The translations under genes and the position numbers were made by a program. From a virus, in the IMG/VR virus record IMGVR_UViG_3300045988_081930: a DNA stretch of 50,575 nucleotides. One strand, given 5' to 3'. Below are positions 50,533 through 50,575 of the stretch, piece after piece. The notes beneath the pieces were generated by a model, which was given only the letters and a program-made list of their open reading frames with translations, searched no databases and had not been told where the DNA came from. Numbering within the stretch: the first letter of the stretch is position 1; the number at the start of each line of letters is the position of its first letter.

Positions 50533-50575
50533 ATTTGGCGGAGTAAGAGAGATTTGAACTCTCGCGGCGGTTTCC
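50501..50575. repeat. Terminal direct repeat, copy 2 (circular-contig overlap)
   Basis: Identical to 1-75. The hairpin begun at 50495 is completed across the junction. Confidence 0.95.

Larger units (their letters stand above)
1..50575. mobile_element. Complete temperate tailed-phage genome in circular/attP configuration (about 50,500 bp unique plus 75-bp overlap); lambda-like head and packaging genes, contractile PBSX/P2-like tail
   Basis: Exact 75-nt terminal repeat; integrase next to a tRNA-fragment att site; full set of packaging, head, tail and lysis genes. Confidence 0.85.

Overview
The window is one circularly closed temperate phage genome. Nt 1-75 are identical to 50501-50575, so the contig wraps and about 50,500 bp are unique. 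It is GC-rich, with Firmicutes/Clostridia-style signals (AGGAGG RBS, frequent GTG/TTG starts, ATGA/GTGA coupled genes).

Layout, in order:
- attP (3' 64 nt of tRNA-Ser(GCU) flanked by GTACACACC arm repeats), tyrosine integrase, a membrane-anchored moron and an XRE repressor.
- A back-to-back promoter switch, then early, replication and DNA-modification genes: a PP-loop/PAPS-reductase-like gene, C5- and N6-methyltransferases, dUTPase, an HD protein, a HUH Rep-like protein, a DUF1064 nuclease and a sigma-like late regulator.
- A 3.8-kb inverted module of plasmid/ICE-type genes (ArdC-N-like, DUF3560) full of structured intergenic repeats.
- An RHH regulator with an operator array, then about 750 bp of non-coding, cos-like DNA.
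- Lambda-type packaging and head genes: Nu1-like, GpA TerL, W, portal, ClpP-like protease, decoration protein and MCP E.
- A PBSX/P2-like contractile tail and baseplate, a diversity-generating retroelement (DGR), then endolysin and holin.

Headline observations:
1. A complete DGR (VR/TR 117 nt, 14 of 15 mismatches at TR adenines) targets a lectin-fold protein at the end of the tail-fibre module.
2. Both adjacent DNA methyltransferase genes are broken exactly at G8, G8 and G10 homopolymers. This is either phase variation or homopolymer sequencing error.
3. Two families of structured GC-rich repeats show compensatory stem changes: a 74/115-nt intergenic element in the inverted module, and modular c(UGCG)g-hairpin elements after highly expressed plus-strand genes.
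4. A PP-loop gene is split by a single in-frame TAG.
5. A nearly T-free C/A-rich tract and phased GGTTGA repeats lie upstream of the terminase genes.

All family names come from motif recognition by eye. No database search was run.
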